Positions 44,523-56,863 are shown, numbered from the whole stretch's first letter. The stretch is 63,659 bases of DNA, filler included, from 9 parts of 9 records of this genome joined end to end with filler, not necessarily neighbours in it; one strand, 5' to 3'. Translations and numbers: made by a program. Notes: generated by a model from the sequence alone, not told the origin.

Positions 44523-45765
44523 TCAAGCAGCACCGACCAGCACAGGTGCCTGCTCGGCAAACTTGGCGTCCATGGTCTCGATCGACTCATGCGCTTTGGC
44601 AAGCTTGTGCTCCGCCTCCTCGGCCCGGAGCGAGTACTCTGCGCATAGCTTACGGAAAGCCTCGATAGTGAGCTCCATCTCCTCCAGCTGCGCGTCCCGC
44701 TCCTCGATCTGCGGCTGCAGCTGGCATCGTTGCTCCTCCTGCCCCACCCTCGGCCCGCCTCCCGGATCCACTCACCACTAGCCTCTTGGCCTCCGCGGCC
44801 GTCTGTTGTGCCTGCAGCTCCAGCCCTACGCTCTCCTCCGCCGCCTGCTCCAACCGGCGCTCGAGCGCACGGTTCTGGTTTTCGAGTCTCAGCACGTTCG
44901 CCCGTAGCTCGTCCTCACCTACCAGCAGTCCCTTCCGGCCACAGGGCTCGCTCACTGCTGCCCTCAAGCTGGGCGAGTTTTTCGCTCAGCTCTATCCTTC
45001 CCTGCTCGGCCCGCGCCACTTGCTCCCGCAGCGCGACCCGCTCGGCCTCGGCCTCGGCTTCCCACTGCTCGACCACCTGCCTGCGGATCAGCTCTCCACA
45101 CCCGGGCTGCCCACCTGCTGCATCTGAGCTAGCCGCGCAGTGTGCACACTCTCTGTCTTCTTCATGTCGGCCTTCACCTGCCCCGCCGATCGGCCCCCCT
45201 CCCGCCGGCCAGCCGCCTTGTCCATCCAGTCCCGGCACACGTCCTTAAGCTGAGCCATCTTCTTCTCGCACCCATCCTCGGCCTCCACCAGCCGCCCATG
45301 CATCTGTCAACGGTCAGCTGGCCGGCCAGCCCGGGCCAGCGCCTGATCAAACACGGCGCGGGCGTCCTTGTCGGCCATCTCACCCCACAGGACCTCAGGG
45401 TCTCGCGGGGCGGGCCCGGCGGCCGGGCCCGGCGGCGGGTTGGGGGCGGCGGTCTGCTCGAGCTGAGCTACCTTCTCCTGCTGGAGCCGGACCTGCTCCA
45501 GGATCCCGACCAGCTGCTCCAGGTTGATCGCCTGCCCGCCGCTGGCCCCGGCGCCCGGGCGGGTACGAGCCTGGGCGGTCTCGCCGCTGCCCCGGAGCTG
45601 AGAGGCGTGGTCGCGCATCCGGGCAAGCACGCTGGCGGCCTGCAGGCGAGGTGTGGGGGGGAGCGTCGCGGGGGCAGGCACCTCCTCGGGGGTGGCCTGG
45701 CTGATCGACCGGGCCAGCTGCTCGATGGATTCGCCCGCCGTCGACTGAGGCTGCTCCTCTCCCAT
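44523..45765 (-). CDS. Coiled-coil hypothetical protein (multi-exon)
   Basis: E/Q/L-rich heptad exons in alternating frames separated by ~40-nt introns. Confidence 0.55.
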
Positions 45766-45889
45766 TTCGTACTCGGAAATAACGGAATTTCTGCTCAACG
45801 GAAGTGACGGGCTGCTCCCAAAGCGACACAGACGGTGTGCCCTCGGGTGGCGGGCCGGGGTTGAGCCGTGGGGACAGGGCAGCCGGAGT

Positions 45890-48343
45890 ATGGAGGCGCT
45901 GGGAGCTAGGATATTCCATGGCGAGCTGGCCAAAAAGGGCGCCAACTTCATGGACGGCTGGCGCGACCGGTCCGGGCCAGCCTGCCACCAGTGCCAACCG
46001 GTCGGGCCGCAGCTACTTTGTGCTCACGGACGAGGGCAAGCTCTGGTGGTTTAAGAACCAGGGGGAGGCCGACGCTGGGGGCTCCCCGCAGGGTCAGCTG
46101 GACTTGCGGCAGGTCATCCGGGTGCGCGCTTGCTGGCGGGCGGGGGCGAGGGCCGGGCAGGTGGAGGAGCAGTCTGACCCGGGCTACTTCAATCTGGTGA
46201 CCCCCGGGCGGGTGTACCACCTGCACGCCACGTCGTCCGGCACCTACTATGAGTATTGGGTAGCCGGTCGCCCGGGGCGGCTCGGGCGAGCTCTCGAGCC
46301 AGATCAAACACATCAACGAGTGTATAGAGAACCTCCGCAGTACGTCCAACAGCAGCGCGCCGGTCGGGCACTTCCGGAAGAACTATCACGTGACGTCTCA
46401 GCGGCCGGGGCGCCCGACGAGCCCGGGGCAGGTCAGTGAGATAGACGTGTTTCAGAAAAGGAAGACCGTCAGGAACCTGGTTATTGATGAAGCAGAAGGC
46501 ATCACCAACAAAAAGTCGATGACCCGCTGGGTGCGGCCCGGGCCGTGTCGTGCTGACGAGCGGGCCAGAACTTCGCTCCGGAGAAGATCCAGGGGATCAC
46601 GCGGGCGCCTGGCAGCTCGACTCGCTTCACGCTCTCTGTCGTGCAAGAGTTTGCTTTCGAGGCGAAATCGGAGGTGGACCGGCCAGGACAGGGGAGGGCG
46701 GAGTGGCGGGGGCAGGCCCAGCTAGCGGAAATCGAGCAAGCTGTGGCGCGCGTGCTGGCTGCTGTGAAGAGTCACCCAGCAGAAGAGGGATACACTGATT
46801 CAGCGGCCTTCAAGGCAGCCATCGCTGGCAGCGCAGTGAGTAGCCCCCTGACCGCAGCCGCGGACCGGGTGGCAGCCGGAGGCGGATGAGGAGGATCGAC
46901 AGACCCAGGCGATCGGAGAAGAGCCGGCCCAGGACGTGCAGCCTGTATGTCTGGAAGACTTTGCGATCATAAGGATCATAGGCAAAGGAGGCCAGGGGCA
47001 AGTGGCGCAGGTGGCCCGCTCAGGCCGGGCCGGGCTCGAGCTGTGGCAGGTGCGACACACCAAGACCAACAAGATGTACGCGATGAAGAGCTGCAACGTG
47101 GGCGAGAAACTCAAAACAGAGGTACTTGATAGTGGATCGAACCGCCTGATGGATGGCCAGGCGGGACTCAGAAGGGTGATCGCAGAGAAGGAGGTGCTGC
47201 AGCGAATACGGCACCCGTTCCTGGTGCATCTGCACTACGCGTTCCACAAGGGCCGGAACATTTTCCTCTGCCTGGATCTGTGCAACGGGGGCGAGCTCTA
47301 CTTCCACCTCTCACGCCAGCCGGCCAACAGGTGCGGCTGCAGCTGGGCTGGGCTGAGCCTGGGGCAAGGTTCCATCCGGTTGTGGCTGGGTTCTACATCG
47401 GCGAGGTGGTGGCCGCGATTGCATATTTGCACGCGAACGACATCATCTATCGTGACATGAAGCCGGAGAACATTCTGGTGCGTGCCAACTGGTGCAGGCA
47501 CGCTCAGGCGGAGCCAGGTGTGCGACGACGGGCATCTAAAGCTGACCGACTTCGGGCTTGCCAAGATGGGCATCACTGCCATGTATGGTGGGGACGGCGA
47601 GCAGACAACTCAGTCACTGGTGGGCACCCCGGAGTGGGTCCTCTTCCAGTCCAGGCGGAGCGGCCTTGCAGGTACTTGGCCCCAGAGATTCTGTCGAGTC
47701 GGCCGTACGGCAAGGCCTCGGACTGGTGGACAGTGGGCATTTTGATGTTTGAGCTGATGGTGTCCTCTTGCTAAGCTGGCCGGACTCAGCCTGCGACAGG
47801 TGGGCAAGACGCCTTTCATTGCGAGCGGGATCAACCGGAACGAGATGTTCCGTCGCATCCAAGCCGGTGGCCCTCTCGGCTGGCCGGTCTGAGCCTCGAG
47901 CAGGCCACTTTGAATTCCCTTCATCTGTTGAGCTGCCCAGTGACGCCAAGGACATGATCCGTCAGTTGGTGGTTGCTGACCCAGCACAGCGGCTCGGGAC
48001 GGGAGAGTGAGGCCCTCGGTCCTCCTGTGGCTGATGGCCGGCAGCTCTGAGGACGTTAAGAACCACGCATTCTTCTCTGATTTCCTCAAGATGAAGTTTT
48101 CTGACCTCGAGGCTAAGAAGGCAAGTCTTGAGGCCAGGCTGCTCTAAGCGGGCCCGACAGGTGCTTCCTCCCTGGCGACCACAGACAATCGAGATCTCCA
48201 AGAATCTAGGCGCGTCAGTCCCAACCGATGCGAGCACATTTGGCGGCGACAAGGGTGGGTCTATGTCTGACGCCGAGCGTGCACGGATGGCTAGCGCGAG
48301 AGTGACTTACGTGTCGACTACTCCCGACTTTGACGATCACTGA
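45890..48343 (+). CDS. PH-domain AGC-family Ser/Thr kinase (Akt/SGK/S6K-like)
   Basis: PH: FHGELAKKG..WRDRYFVL. Kinase: GKGGQG, YAMK, HPFLV, GGELYFHL, YRDMKPENIL, LTDFG, GTPEYLAPE and DWWTVG. Numerous introns of 37-43 nt reconstruct the frame. Confidence 0.92.
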
Positions 48344-48599
48344 TGAGCTACATACATGTAATCATGGGTTCTAGTTCACTGAGTTGTACAATTTCAACTA
48401 GTTCTGTTATTCTATCCAATATGCTAGTGACAGTACCGTGGCCACGTATATGAAATCTTGTACTTTCAATTATTATGTAGAATCGACTGCTAATCGATTA
48501 CTACCGTATGTACATGGTGCGTACTTAACTTATCCTTGATCAACATGAACGTCCGAGACTTGATCTAGAACCCATGGATGGCATGCCTCTAGCAAATCC

Positions 48600-50368
48600 T
48601 CAGACACGAGCGGCCTCGTCAGTCTCGTGGTGCGACTCAGCAGCCGGGAAACCGGGCGAGTTTGGATCGTCGGCCTGGGAGCTGGCAAGCATCTCGGTTG
48701 TATCCCGCCTTGGCTCACGTGTGTCAGATCCGGCCGTGTTGCGACGCGACTCGGCGGCCGGGAATTCGCTTGAGTTGGGCAGCGAGCCCTCCTCCAACAG
48801 ATTGTGCTCGAGCTCCTCAAGAGGTGGCAGCTGGGGCAGGCTCTTGGCGGGCCTCCGCAGACTGCTCATGAACAAGACCACCAAGTTGCTGAAAGGCAGC
48901 TCCACGAACAGATGGAGCAGCAGACCGCCGGAAGTGGTGAGTGCGAGTGCGGCCACGTAGTTTCGTGTGAAGTTCACGATAGAGTAGTGTGTCGGGGCCA
49001 CATCGCCGTACAACAGGAGTGCGAGCACCGTGGGGTGGAGCAGATACATGCTGTACGAAAGTTTCCCGAGGTAGCCGAACAGAGGCAGCTCTAGGATCCA
49101 CTGGATCCCGTGCCCATGATTGGAGAAGCACAAGAGGTTCAGCAGCACAAGCCCGAGCGTCCAGGCAGACTTGGAGAATGTCACATAGGCCACCATCAGG
49201 CCACTGGGGGTGGTCGATGGCACAGTGGTAGAATAGGCCGCCAGGCCGTACACTGTGGAGGACAGCAGGAAGCCGGAGAGAATGAACACAGCCAGCCGGA
49301 GCCACGGGCGAGCTGTGAGTGTGTCGGAGATCGGCTTGTTCCATCTGAACCAGATGATCCCGAAAGCAGCGCCCATCAAATATGGAGGGCAACGGGTCCA
49401 TGGCGGCTGGTAGTAGAGCTTACCGTAGTCAGAGGTGTCAAAAGTACCGGCTGACCAGTGGTTCTCACTCGCTGCTATGAGCGTGTACAGGATGCTAGCT
49501 GTCCATAGCGTGCCAATACTGGCGAGCGCCAACCAGGCCTTTTGGGCCCCGGCCCCGGCGAGCGCGATCATGAAAGGGACCAGATAGAAGAACATCATGT
49601 CATCTGCAAGGTACCACGTGACCCCGTAGCACCCGCCGCTGCCCTTCCCGCCCAGCCCGAGTGCAGCGAATATTGTCTGGATGTACAGAATGTTCTGCCA
49701 CCAGTATTCTTTGCACGCTTCGGCATCCGCTATCTTCCAGTAGGGCCCCTCTTCCAGCACAGGTACCACATACACGTAGCACCATATGATGAACATGACC
49801 AAAGGTGTAAGCCGCAGCCATCGATCCAGATACATCAGCGGCGCCTTCAAAATCACCTGTGCCCAGCATCAATGCCACCGCAGCGGCGATGCTTACCTGT
49901 AGCGGCTGCAGCTTTCCGAGCTTCTTGAGCCCTACAAACGTGGCCAGGAACCCGCTCATGTAAAAGAATGTGTCAACAGAAAACTCTGCTGATTGGACCA
50001 CCTGCCAGCGGTCAAGCCAACGGCTACCCGGGGGGGCCAACCTGGCCAGTCCACGTGCCCATCAGCGCTGTCGTGCCGGGGGTGATGGGGATGATCCGGT
50101 CCAGATTTGAGTATCCGTTCCCGCCCATGAGAGGCCAGAGCAGCGTGTGTCCAAATACAACCCAAGACATCGACCAGGTTCTCATCCCGTCCAAGCTGTT
50201 CGTGGCAACATTCCTTAGTCCGCAGTAGTTCTGCCAGTTGCGTACGGGCCCGAAACAGTCCAACAGTTGCTCCCAGAAGGCCAGCGGCGCCAACGGCTCG
50301 TATTGGTTCTTGTACTCAGTCAGCTCCTTAGGCGGTGCCCGGGCATACTCAGCAACTGCCGCCAGCAT
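48600..50368 (-). CDS. NRF-6-like acyltransferase-3 family membrane O-acyltransferase (N-terminal domain displaced)
   Basis: LDGMRTWSMSWVVFGHT, SVDTFFYMSGFL, RWLRLTP, TWYLADD, PWTRCPPY, KLSYSMYLLHP and VELPF. Confidence 0.88.
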
Positions 50369-50534
50369 CGCCAGCGAGCCAGATCACCATTATGACCCTG
50401 CAGAGCGACTTCCGTTGGGCCGGGCACTACGATCGGTGTGTGCGCATTCCGGGGGCGCACTACTGCCACAGCAGCTTCAGCGGAGGGCTGGGCCAGTTAG
50501 CACTCTGTCTGCCGGATTCCTGCTCCGACGCTCC
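50369..50534 (+). other. Inverted fragment encoding the NRF-type N-terminal Cys domain of the adjacent gene
   Basis: The plus frame WAGHYDRCVRIPGAHYC...LALCLPDSCS matches the GxYxxC..YC..xCLPxSCS pattern but lies on the opposite strand to the gene. Confidence 0.7.
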
Positions 50535-50554
50535 TAACAAAGATATAGTTTAAT

Positions 50555-50654
50555 NNNNNNNNNNNNNNNNNNNNNNNNNNNNNNNNNNNNNNNNNNNNTT
50601 AATTAATTAANNNNNNNNNNNNNNNNNNNNNNNNNNNNNNNNNNNNNNNNNNNN
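50555..50654. other. Artificial contig linker
   Basis: N44-TTAATTAATTAA-N44. Confidence 0.99.
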
Positions 50655-50660
50655 GACCTG

Positions 50661-52448
50661 ATGGCCGCCAAAGCGGCCCGGCAGGAGACGGGCAAGCTGG
50701 CCGCCGCCGGGGCGGGCAGCGTGGGGGTTGAAGCCGTGAGGCTGGCCGCGTGCGGTGCCGGCAAGCGCGCGCAGTCCGATCCGGACGCCAGAGCAACAGC
50801 AGTCGCAAACATCTCGATGCTGAGAGCTGGCGACTGCGGCCGATCGAACATGGCCGCGGTGCTCACTCAGGCCCAGCGCGAGCTGACCCCCCGGGGCGAC
50901 GACTCCGCCGAGCCAGCCCCGCCAATTGTGCCTGACGAGACGAGTTGGCTAGCCAGACTCGGGACCCGGGTGCTCCAGTCCTTCTCCCGATCCCCCAGCC
51001 CTGCTAGAGCCGCACAGGAGGGGAGCAGCCCTGCCGCCCCGGAGCCCGAGCAGCGGCAGGCCTCTGCCAGCCCTCCAGTTGGCAGCTGGCTGCCTGATAT
51101 CGTGCCATCAGCGCTGTCTCAGGAGCGCTCGCCGCCGCTCCCAGACAATAAGACGCCTGCCAGCCCCGAGAGTTCGGGTTCGGCCGATCGGGAGCGCGCG
51201 GCGCTGGCAGCGACCGAGGCGGCGGAGCGCCGGCTGGAGGCGGCGAGGGCGCAGGCCGAGGCCTGGGCAGCTCAGCAGGAGGCTGAGATAGAGCGGACGC
51301 AGGCGGTGCAGGCAACTGCCCAGGCCCAGAAGACCGCCGAAGCCGCCGGACTGGCCGAGGCGGAGGCGCAGACGGCGAGGGAGGCGGCAGAGAGGGAACT
51401 GAGGGCTGCGAGCAGGGAGAGAAAGCAGGCGGAGGAGGCAGCTGCTGAGGCTATGCGGAGTGCTCAGCTGGCTGCGGAGGCCAAGGCCGAGGCGCAGGCC
51501 GCGCGGGAGGTGGCTGCGCGCGGCAAGGCCGAAGCTGACCAGGCTGCGGCGGAGGCTGCGAGGGTGAAGAAGAGTGCGCAGGACGAGTTGGTGCTAATGC
51601 GACAACAGGAAGCGGCGCACCTGGAGTTGATTCAGTCTCAAGCCGATCAAGTTAAGCAGCTGGAGGATCGGCTGGCCCAGGTGGACTCGCCGGCTCAACT
51701 CCTCGAGCAGCAAGTGGCCGATCTGCAGCAGCAGCTCCAGTCGATGACCAGTAAGGCGCAGGCCTACGCCAACATAGTCAAGCTTAGGAAGACCGGCGAG
51801 CCCGAATCTGCCTCTCTGGCCCCAGCATCAGCGGTGCCGGACCCGGAGCCGGCTCCGGAAGCCGTGGAGCACCCAGTGCCGGCCCCGGTGGAGGCTCCAG
51901 CGGCGGCAGCGGTCGCAGAGATGGGAGTGGCGGCGGTGCCGAGGGCGGTGCGAGGAACCGGCAGTGCCGACGTGGAAGCTTCGGCTGCGCGAGCACACGC
52001 GATGGCCAATATTGCTCGGATGCGCGTGGAGGCCGAGGCAGAGGCGGAGCCCAAGACCGAAACTGAGCCGGTGTGGGACCCAGTCACGGGAACTTTGGTA
52101 GAGTCGCCAATTCCAACCGGCAGGCCAGCCAGCCCCGCGCTATCAGCGCACACCCCGATCATCCGGGTGGAGTCGCCAGTCTGTCCCAGATGTGGTGTGA
52201 CGTTTGGGCTAATGCAGCTGAGCCCGCGCCGGAGACACCTTTGCAGGTTTTGCGGAGAGTCGTTCTGTGGCTCGTGCTGTGCACGGACCAGGCTGTTCGC
52301 AGGGGTGCAGCTTAATTGTTGTGAGGACTGTCACGAGCTCAGGAGCGAGAGCCCAGCCCCAACCAGCCCTGCACAAGAGGAGGACAGCGGCTCGGGGCTC
52401 GGTGGAGTGCTAGGCGGGGTTCGACGAGTAGTCAAGCTCATCCGATGA
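50661..52448 (+). CDS. Coiled-coil protein with C-terminal FYVE-like zinc finger (5' end uncertain)
   Basis: Ala/Glu-rich coiled coil; CPRC..F..RRRHLCRFCGESFCGSCC..CEDC. Confidence 0.75.
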   Translation: MAAKAARQETGKLAAAGAGSVGVEAVRLAACGAGKRAQSDPDARATAVANISMLRAGDCGRSNMAAVLTQAQRELTPRGDDSAEPAPPIVPDETSWLARLGTRVLQSFSRSPSPARAAQEGSSPAAPEPEQRQASASPPVGSWLPDIVPSALSQERSPPLPDNKTPASPESSGSADRERAALAATEAAERRLEAARAQAEAWAAQQEAEIERTQAVQATAQAQKTAEAAGLAEAEAQTAREAAERELRAASRERKQAEEAAAEAMRSAQLAAEAKAEAQAAREVAARGKAEADQAAAEAARVKKSAQDELVLMRQQEAAHLELIQSQADQVKQLEDRLAQVDSPAQLLEQQVADLQQQLQSMTSKAQAYANIVKLRKTGEPESASLAPASAVPDPEPAPEAVEHPVPAPVEAPAAAAVAEMGVAAVPRAVRGTGSADVEASAARAHAMANIARMRVEAEAEAEPKTETEPVWDPVTGTLVESPIPTGRPASPALSAHTPIIRVESPVCPRCGVTFGLMQLSPRRRHLCRFCGESFCGSCCARTRLFAGVQLNCCEDCHELRSESPAPTSPAQEEDSGSGLGGVLGGVRRVVKLIR

Positions 52449-52569
52449 GCAAATTTATAAGCTTAGAACTATAACTAATTACTTAAGTAGTTGAGTAAAA
52501 CCTGCTCTTTAGCCAATCGAGCCATTCTACGTAGGTATACAGTATTTACAAGTCATGTAATACAAGTAA

Positions 52570-54258
52570 TTAAGATTCCCATCCACAGCCCATCTCGTAC
52601 GCTTCCACCTCCACCGACACTGATTCTCCTCGTGAAATCAGACTCAATCCTGACGATTTTGAGCCCGGATATGTCCGGATGGTGTGGGTGGCCCGCCCAC
52701 CAGCGACGAAGAACTCGACTACCGACCTATCCACAAGCACACGGACCTCGATTGAATTCTCACCCGCCAGCACAGGGAACTGCGTGCCCCCACTGACGTG
52801 CCCCACCCGTCCACGGTTGTTGTGCTGCGCTGAGACGTTGAATGTCCACAACGGACCGTCAGGGGCCAACACTCTAATGCCGAGTGTGGACTGTCGGGGT
52901 GGCAAAGAGAATCTCACAGTCAGATCCATGGCTGCGCCTGATCCGCTCGGATCTTGACCCGCCGCCCAGATCGGCTGCTCAATGCCTGCTTGCAGCGTCA
53001 GGTTGTATGGTTTGCGGAGTGTGTTATTGTGCAGCGCTTTGTACTCCCGGATGGGATTCGCCACTAGTTGTTGTGCTGCGGTGTCCCACGACAGAGCTCG
53101 CACAGAGGATATCATCTGGACACCACAGTCGAGACCAAGCCACGACACATGCGGCGAGAGGCATCTTGGGTCTGAATGTGGCTCCTTACCTGCCGATACC
53201 CATCCAGCGAACAGGATACGCCCGTCATCAGCCAGCCCAGCAGATGAGAATGCTACACCAGGTGCGGTGTCAAACGATGCCATCGGCGCAAATTTCTCCA
53301 AGGTGTCATTGTAGATCCCTGCTGCGAATTTGCCTCCACCCCCGTTACTCAAGATGTGGGTCGGCTCTCCTTCTTGAGGCTGGCTCAACGGCATGAACAT
53401 GGGCGCGCCTGACGCCCCGTGGATGGACCCTCCAAAATTAGGATCTGCCAGTGTCCATGGCCCCTGCAGTGAACTGTTGGTGGTCATGTACCGTGCGTCT
53501 GGGACGTGCTGTCCAAACGGTGGCTTGAGTCCTCCTGTGATGCAGATCATGTTCCAATGGCTACCATCCGCACTGCGCCACACGCGGCCAGCAATGAAAC
53601 ATGACGGTGATCCGGGTGTGAATGTAAGCGGTTGCTGTTTAGTCCATCTTAGCATCAGAGGATCAGATGCGTTCTCCAGGCGTGCAATCCCTGCTGGTGG
53701 CTGGACACCTTTAGGCACGTAAAACCCACAACCCGGGCCATACATCATCACAGGTAGGAGTCCTTGAGGGAAGGACACCGCACCGTCACAGACTGCACCG
53801 TGGTCGATACCTGTCGCGGTGGGCGTGAGCGCATCGACAACCCTACGCCACCGCACACCATCCTTGGACACTACGTGCCCCCTGCAAACAAAGGTACGAG
53901 TGAGGGTGTGGCGTGGAAAGGTGTCACCATGAGTGCCAAAATGATTGCTGTTGCGGTGACGGCTTTGGCAGTGGCCCCTCATGCCCGCCGCCACACGGCC
54001 CTCCGATTGTCGCCCCGTCGCACTGGTGCATGAGATGCCATACGCCATCCCGCTGGAACACTGCATTCGCATCGTTGAGGCCCATCGGCCACGCTGTCCC
54101 GGCCAGGGCTCCATCGGTGCGATCACATGCCACTGCGGCTGATGCTGGTGCGGGCCATGCTTGGGCTGGCAAGCAGGGGGCTCCGCACACACCGTGAGGC
54201 TGATCACTGTTAATGACATGAGGGCGGCCCACTGTGCATGACACCGCACAGTCGACAT
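52570..54258 (-). CDS. Divergent GH32-like glycoside hydrolase (apparent 1-nt frameshift near 54100)
   Basis: PQWHV, LNDANAVF..WHLMHQ, WGHVVSKDGVRW, RILFAGWV and VLVDRSVVEFF; intron 53882-53927. Confidence 0.75.
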   Translation of the reverse strand: MSTVRCHAQWAALMSLTVISLTVCAEPPACQPKHGPHQHQPQWHVIAPMEPWPGQRGRWASTMRMQCSSGMAYGISCTSATGRQSEGRVAAGMRGHCQSRHRNSNHFGTHGDTFPRHTLTRTFVCRGHVVSKDGVRWRRVVDALTPTATGIDHGAVCDGAVSFPQGLLPVMMYGPGCGFYVPKGVQPPAGIARLENASDPLMLRWTKQQPLTFTPGSPSCFIAGRVWRSADGSHWNMICITGGLKPPFGQHVPDARYMTTNSSLQGPWTLADPNFGGSIHGASGAPMFMPLSQPQEGEPTHILSNGGGGKFAAGIYNDTLEKFAPMASFDTAPGVAFSSAGLADDGRILFAGWVSAGKEPHSDPRCLSPHVSWLGLDCGVQMISSVRALSWDTAAQQLVANPIREYKALHNNTLRKPYNLTLQAGIEQPIWAAGQDPSGSGAAMDLTVRFSLPPRQSTLGIRVLAPDGPLWTFNVSAQHNNRGRVGHVSGGTQFPVLAGENSIEVRVLVDRSVVEFFVAGGRATHTIRTYPGSKSSGLSLISRGESVSVEVEAYEMGCGWES

Positions 54259-54340
54259 CCTGACAGCGCACTCGCCCACCGGCACGGCCGTTAGATAAGG
54301 CCGTTAACGGCCGCGGCCGCGCTCGCTGTGCCCTGGAGCC

Positions 54341-55205
54341 ATGCCGCAGTGTATATACGGAGGGCAGGAGTGGCAGCACAAGGCGATTGAGGAGGCGTCA
54401 ACAGCAGCTTCGGTCGTGCAGGCGAAGAAGCAGCTCGATCGCCTAGACGCTCAAGCCGAGCTCGCCCTTGCCGCACTGAGTGAGGACGAGACGGCATACT
54501 CCGAGCTGGGAGCTGCCATTAACATCCAGCGCGAAGAGGCTGCCAAATGGGGCTGGGAGCTGCTACGCCTGAGGGCAAAGCGGGATGGCAATAAGGGCCT
54601 GGTCGAGTTCACCTCGCCCGATTCTCGTATTCTGAACCTATTCCGAGACCATACGTCGCTGAACATGGCTGAAATGCTCAGCGACGATTTTGTGCCGACG
54701 GTCGACTGGCTTTTAAAGGAGATCGCCGATGCGCAGGCCCATTCGCGCGAAAGGCTTCGAGAGCTCTGGCGTGACAGGGAGGGCGTCTGGAGTCTGCTCA
54801 CAACCCTACAACAGGAGCTGCGAACTGAGGAGAAGAAAGCCCAATTGGCCAAGAAACAGTGCGTGCACCGAATTGCTCTGGGGGGTGAGTACCGGGTGTG
54901 GGGGCAGGTACGAGGCTGAAGAGCGGGGGGATGAGCTCCCGACCGAACTATGTGACAATCTGAACGCGATCCGAGCCAAATATGCGCCGGTTGTTCATAC
55001 AATAGCAGAGCCAATAGCAGTGCCCAATGAGCCCGAGATGCCAATAGCAGTGCCCAATGAACCCATAGCAGTTCAAGACAGGACATATGAGATAAAAACC
55101 TACGAGGCGTGCCGGATGCTTGGCGTCGTCAACGGACGGAGCGACTTCATTGGCGTCAATACTCTCAAGTGGGCTGAAAATGGCTCGCTTGCATTGTCGA
55201 CTTGA
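54341..55205 (+). CDS. Coiled-coil hypothetical protein
   Basis: Two overlapping protein-like ORFs can be joined by a short intron near 54880-54920; short PIAVPNEP repeat. Confidence 0.45.
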
Positions 55206-55362
55206 TACGAGTACGAGGTGTGTACTTGAGCTACTAGCTAGTAGGGAGTATAGGTCTGCCATGCTAGCAATCTGCTTACGTACTTTTGTTTTTCATATAC
55301 GGCTATACGTAAAAAGACCGCTGTTCTATAATTATGTTTATCATACGGTACTTGTACTTGTA

Positions 55363-56736
55363 TTAGCCGGTTGGATTATCAATCGAGTCGTTGTCGTCTG
55401 CTTGGGCCTCCTGCATGCGCTTGATCAGATCCTTTACTTCGTCACGGTCATCTGCCGCCAGGCTCGACCGGCCTACTAGGCCCCCGACACACCCTCCGAG
55501 CAGTTATGCGGCATGGTATAGAAATCCAACGGAAGTCGGTTCAGCATATCAACATTTGGTCGGATCCCACCTACATGCTGCAAGTCAGCGCCAGCCAACA
55601 GCCCAACCAACCCTCCTCCTCTACTAGCCTAACAACTGGCAGCTGCTCAGATCCCGTCAACAGCCCTGCACCGAGCTGTAAGCTGAGCGCCGGCACGTCG
55701 CACCGTCTAGTTCTCCCCAACTGAAGAGCAGCGGCAACGTCGGCTCAGCCAGGGGGCCAAAGTCCATTAAATATACTCGGCGCTGCTGGGTGATATAAGC
55801 ATCGAACACGTAGCTATCCACTGTCGGCATCCCAGCCACCTGCCAGGGGCTGTCACGGCCGCCGTTGGGGTCACAGCTCGCGTGATCTCTGAAGAACCGA
55901 CTGAGCTGCCCCCTCAGCTGCTCCCTCTGCTCGCTTAAAAAAGGATAGTACTGGGCCTCATCCCTCTGACAGACCCCCACGAGCTCCGACCGGAGCACAA
56001 AGCACCGAAACTCCGAGGCCGCGTACAGTTGCGACCACTTGCGCAGCGCGAGTGTCCAGCGTACCTGCCTGGCCTCACCGCAGCGGCTCTCGCTCTCACC
56101 TCGGTCTGTGCCAGCGGGTCGGTGTCTTCGCCGAGCCTGGCACCACTCACCCGGGCCGGCCAAGCCGCTCCTCACGCGCAGTGCAGGTCATGCGACACCC
56201 GGTCGGAGCTCTTCAGCAGCAGCCAGACGTCAGCCGCACTCTGACACTTGAGCGCCCCCCCGTTTATCCAGACCGCGTCCTACCCCAACGCTCGCCCGGC
56301 CCGCAGGCGGTGCCCGGCCTTGGGCGCGCTCCAGTTCAGCTTGGGCGCAACCTGCCCGCCGAGCTCCACGATTGCTGCCTCGATCTGCTCCTGCAGCTGC
56401 CCCGCACCGTCGACGCGCCCAGCCCCCGGGGAACCTCCCGAAAGTCGGCGCACCCTTCTCCGGCAGTGGGCTCCTCCGCGATCTCCCTGACGGGCAACGG
56501 GTCGGTGTCAGCGGCTCACCCGACGGCCACCCGGCGGAGTCCTCGAATGGCTGCACGAACGGGCCTGTGGCGAGCATTTGGACAAGTTCTGAGGGCAGCG
56601 GGATCAGCCGGGTCTTGATCTGGCCGCGCTGGCCAGGCAGACGGCCCGCACCCACCGTGTGCCGCCGGAACTGCGGGTACCAGGCGTCGATCGAGCACCA
56701 ACGCAGTGCTTCCAGCCCGGCTGCACTACCCGCCAT
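55363..56736 (-). CDS. CDC123: Cell division cycle protein 123 (D123 ATP-grasp, eIF2 assembly factor)
   Basis: CSIDAWYPQF, PKLNWSAPKDA, LLLKSSDRVSHDL, LRKW..EFRCFV..VCQRD, YVFDAY, LMDFGP and PLLFSWGEL. Multi-exon; stop TAA 55365-55363. Confidence 0.92.
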
Positions 56737-56863
56737 AATGACCGGCCACCGTGGAAAAAAAAAAAAGCACAAGCTGGACACGCTGCGAACCGGTCATCTT
56801 GGCACAAGGAAACCCGTGGGGCCTCGGCGCACACGCAGCACGGTCGTGGTCAGAAGCTAACCG

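Noticed and set aside
55009-55072. Threefold CCAATAGCAGTGCCCAATGA-type repeat as a mini-CRISPR
   Set aside because: There are no unique spacers; it encodes a PIAVPNEP peptide repeat in a eukaryotic CDS.
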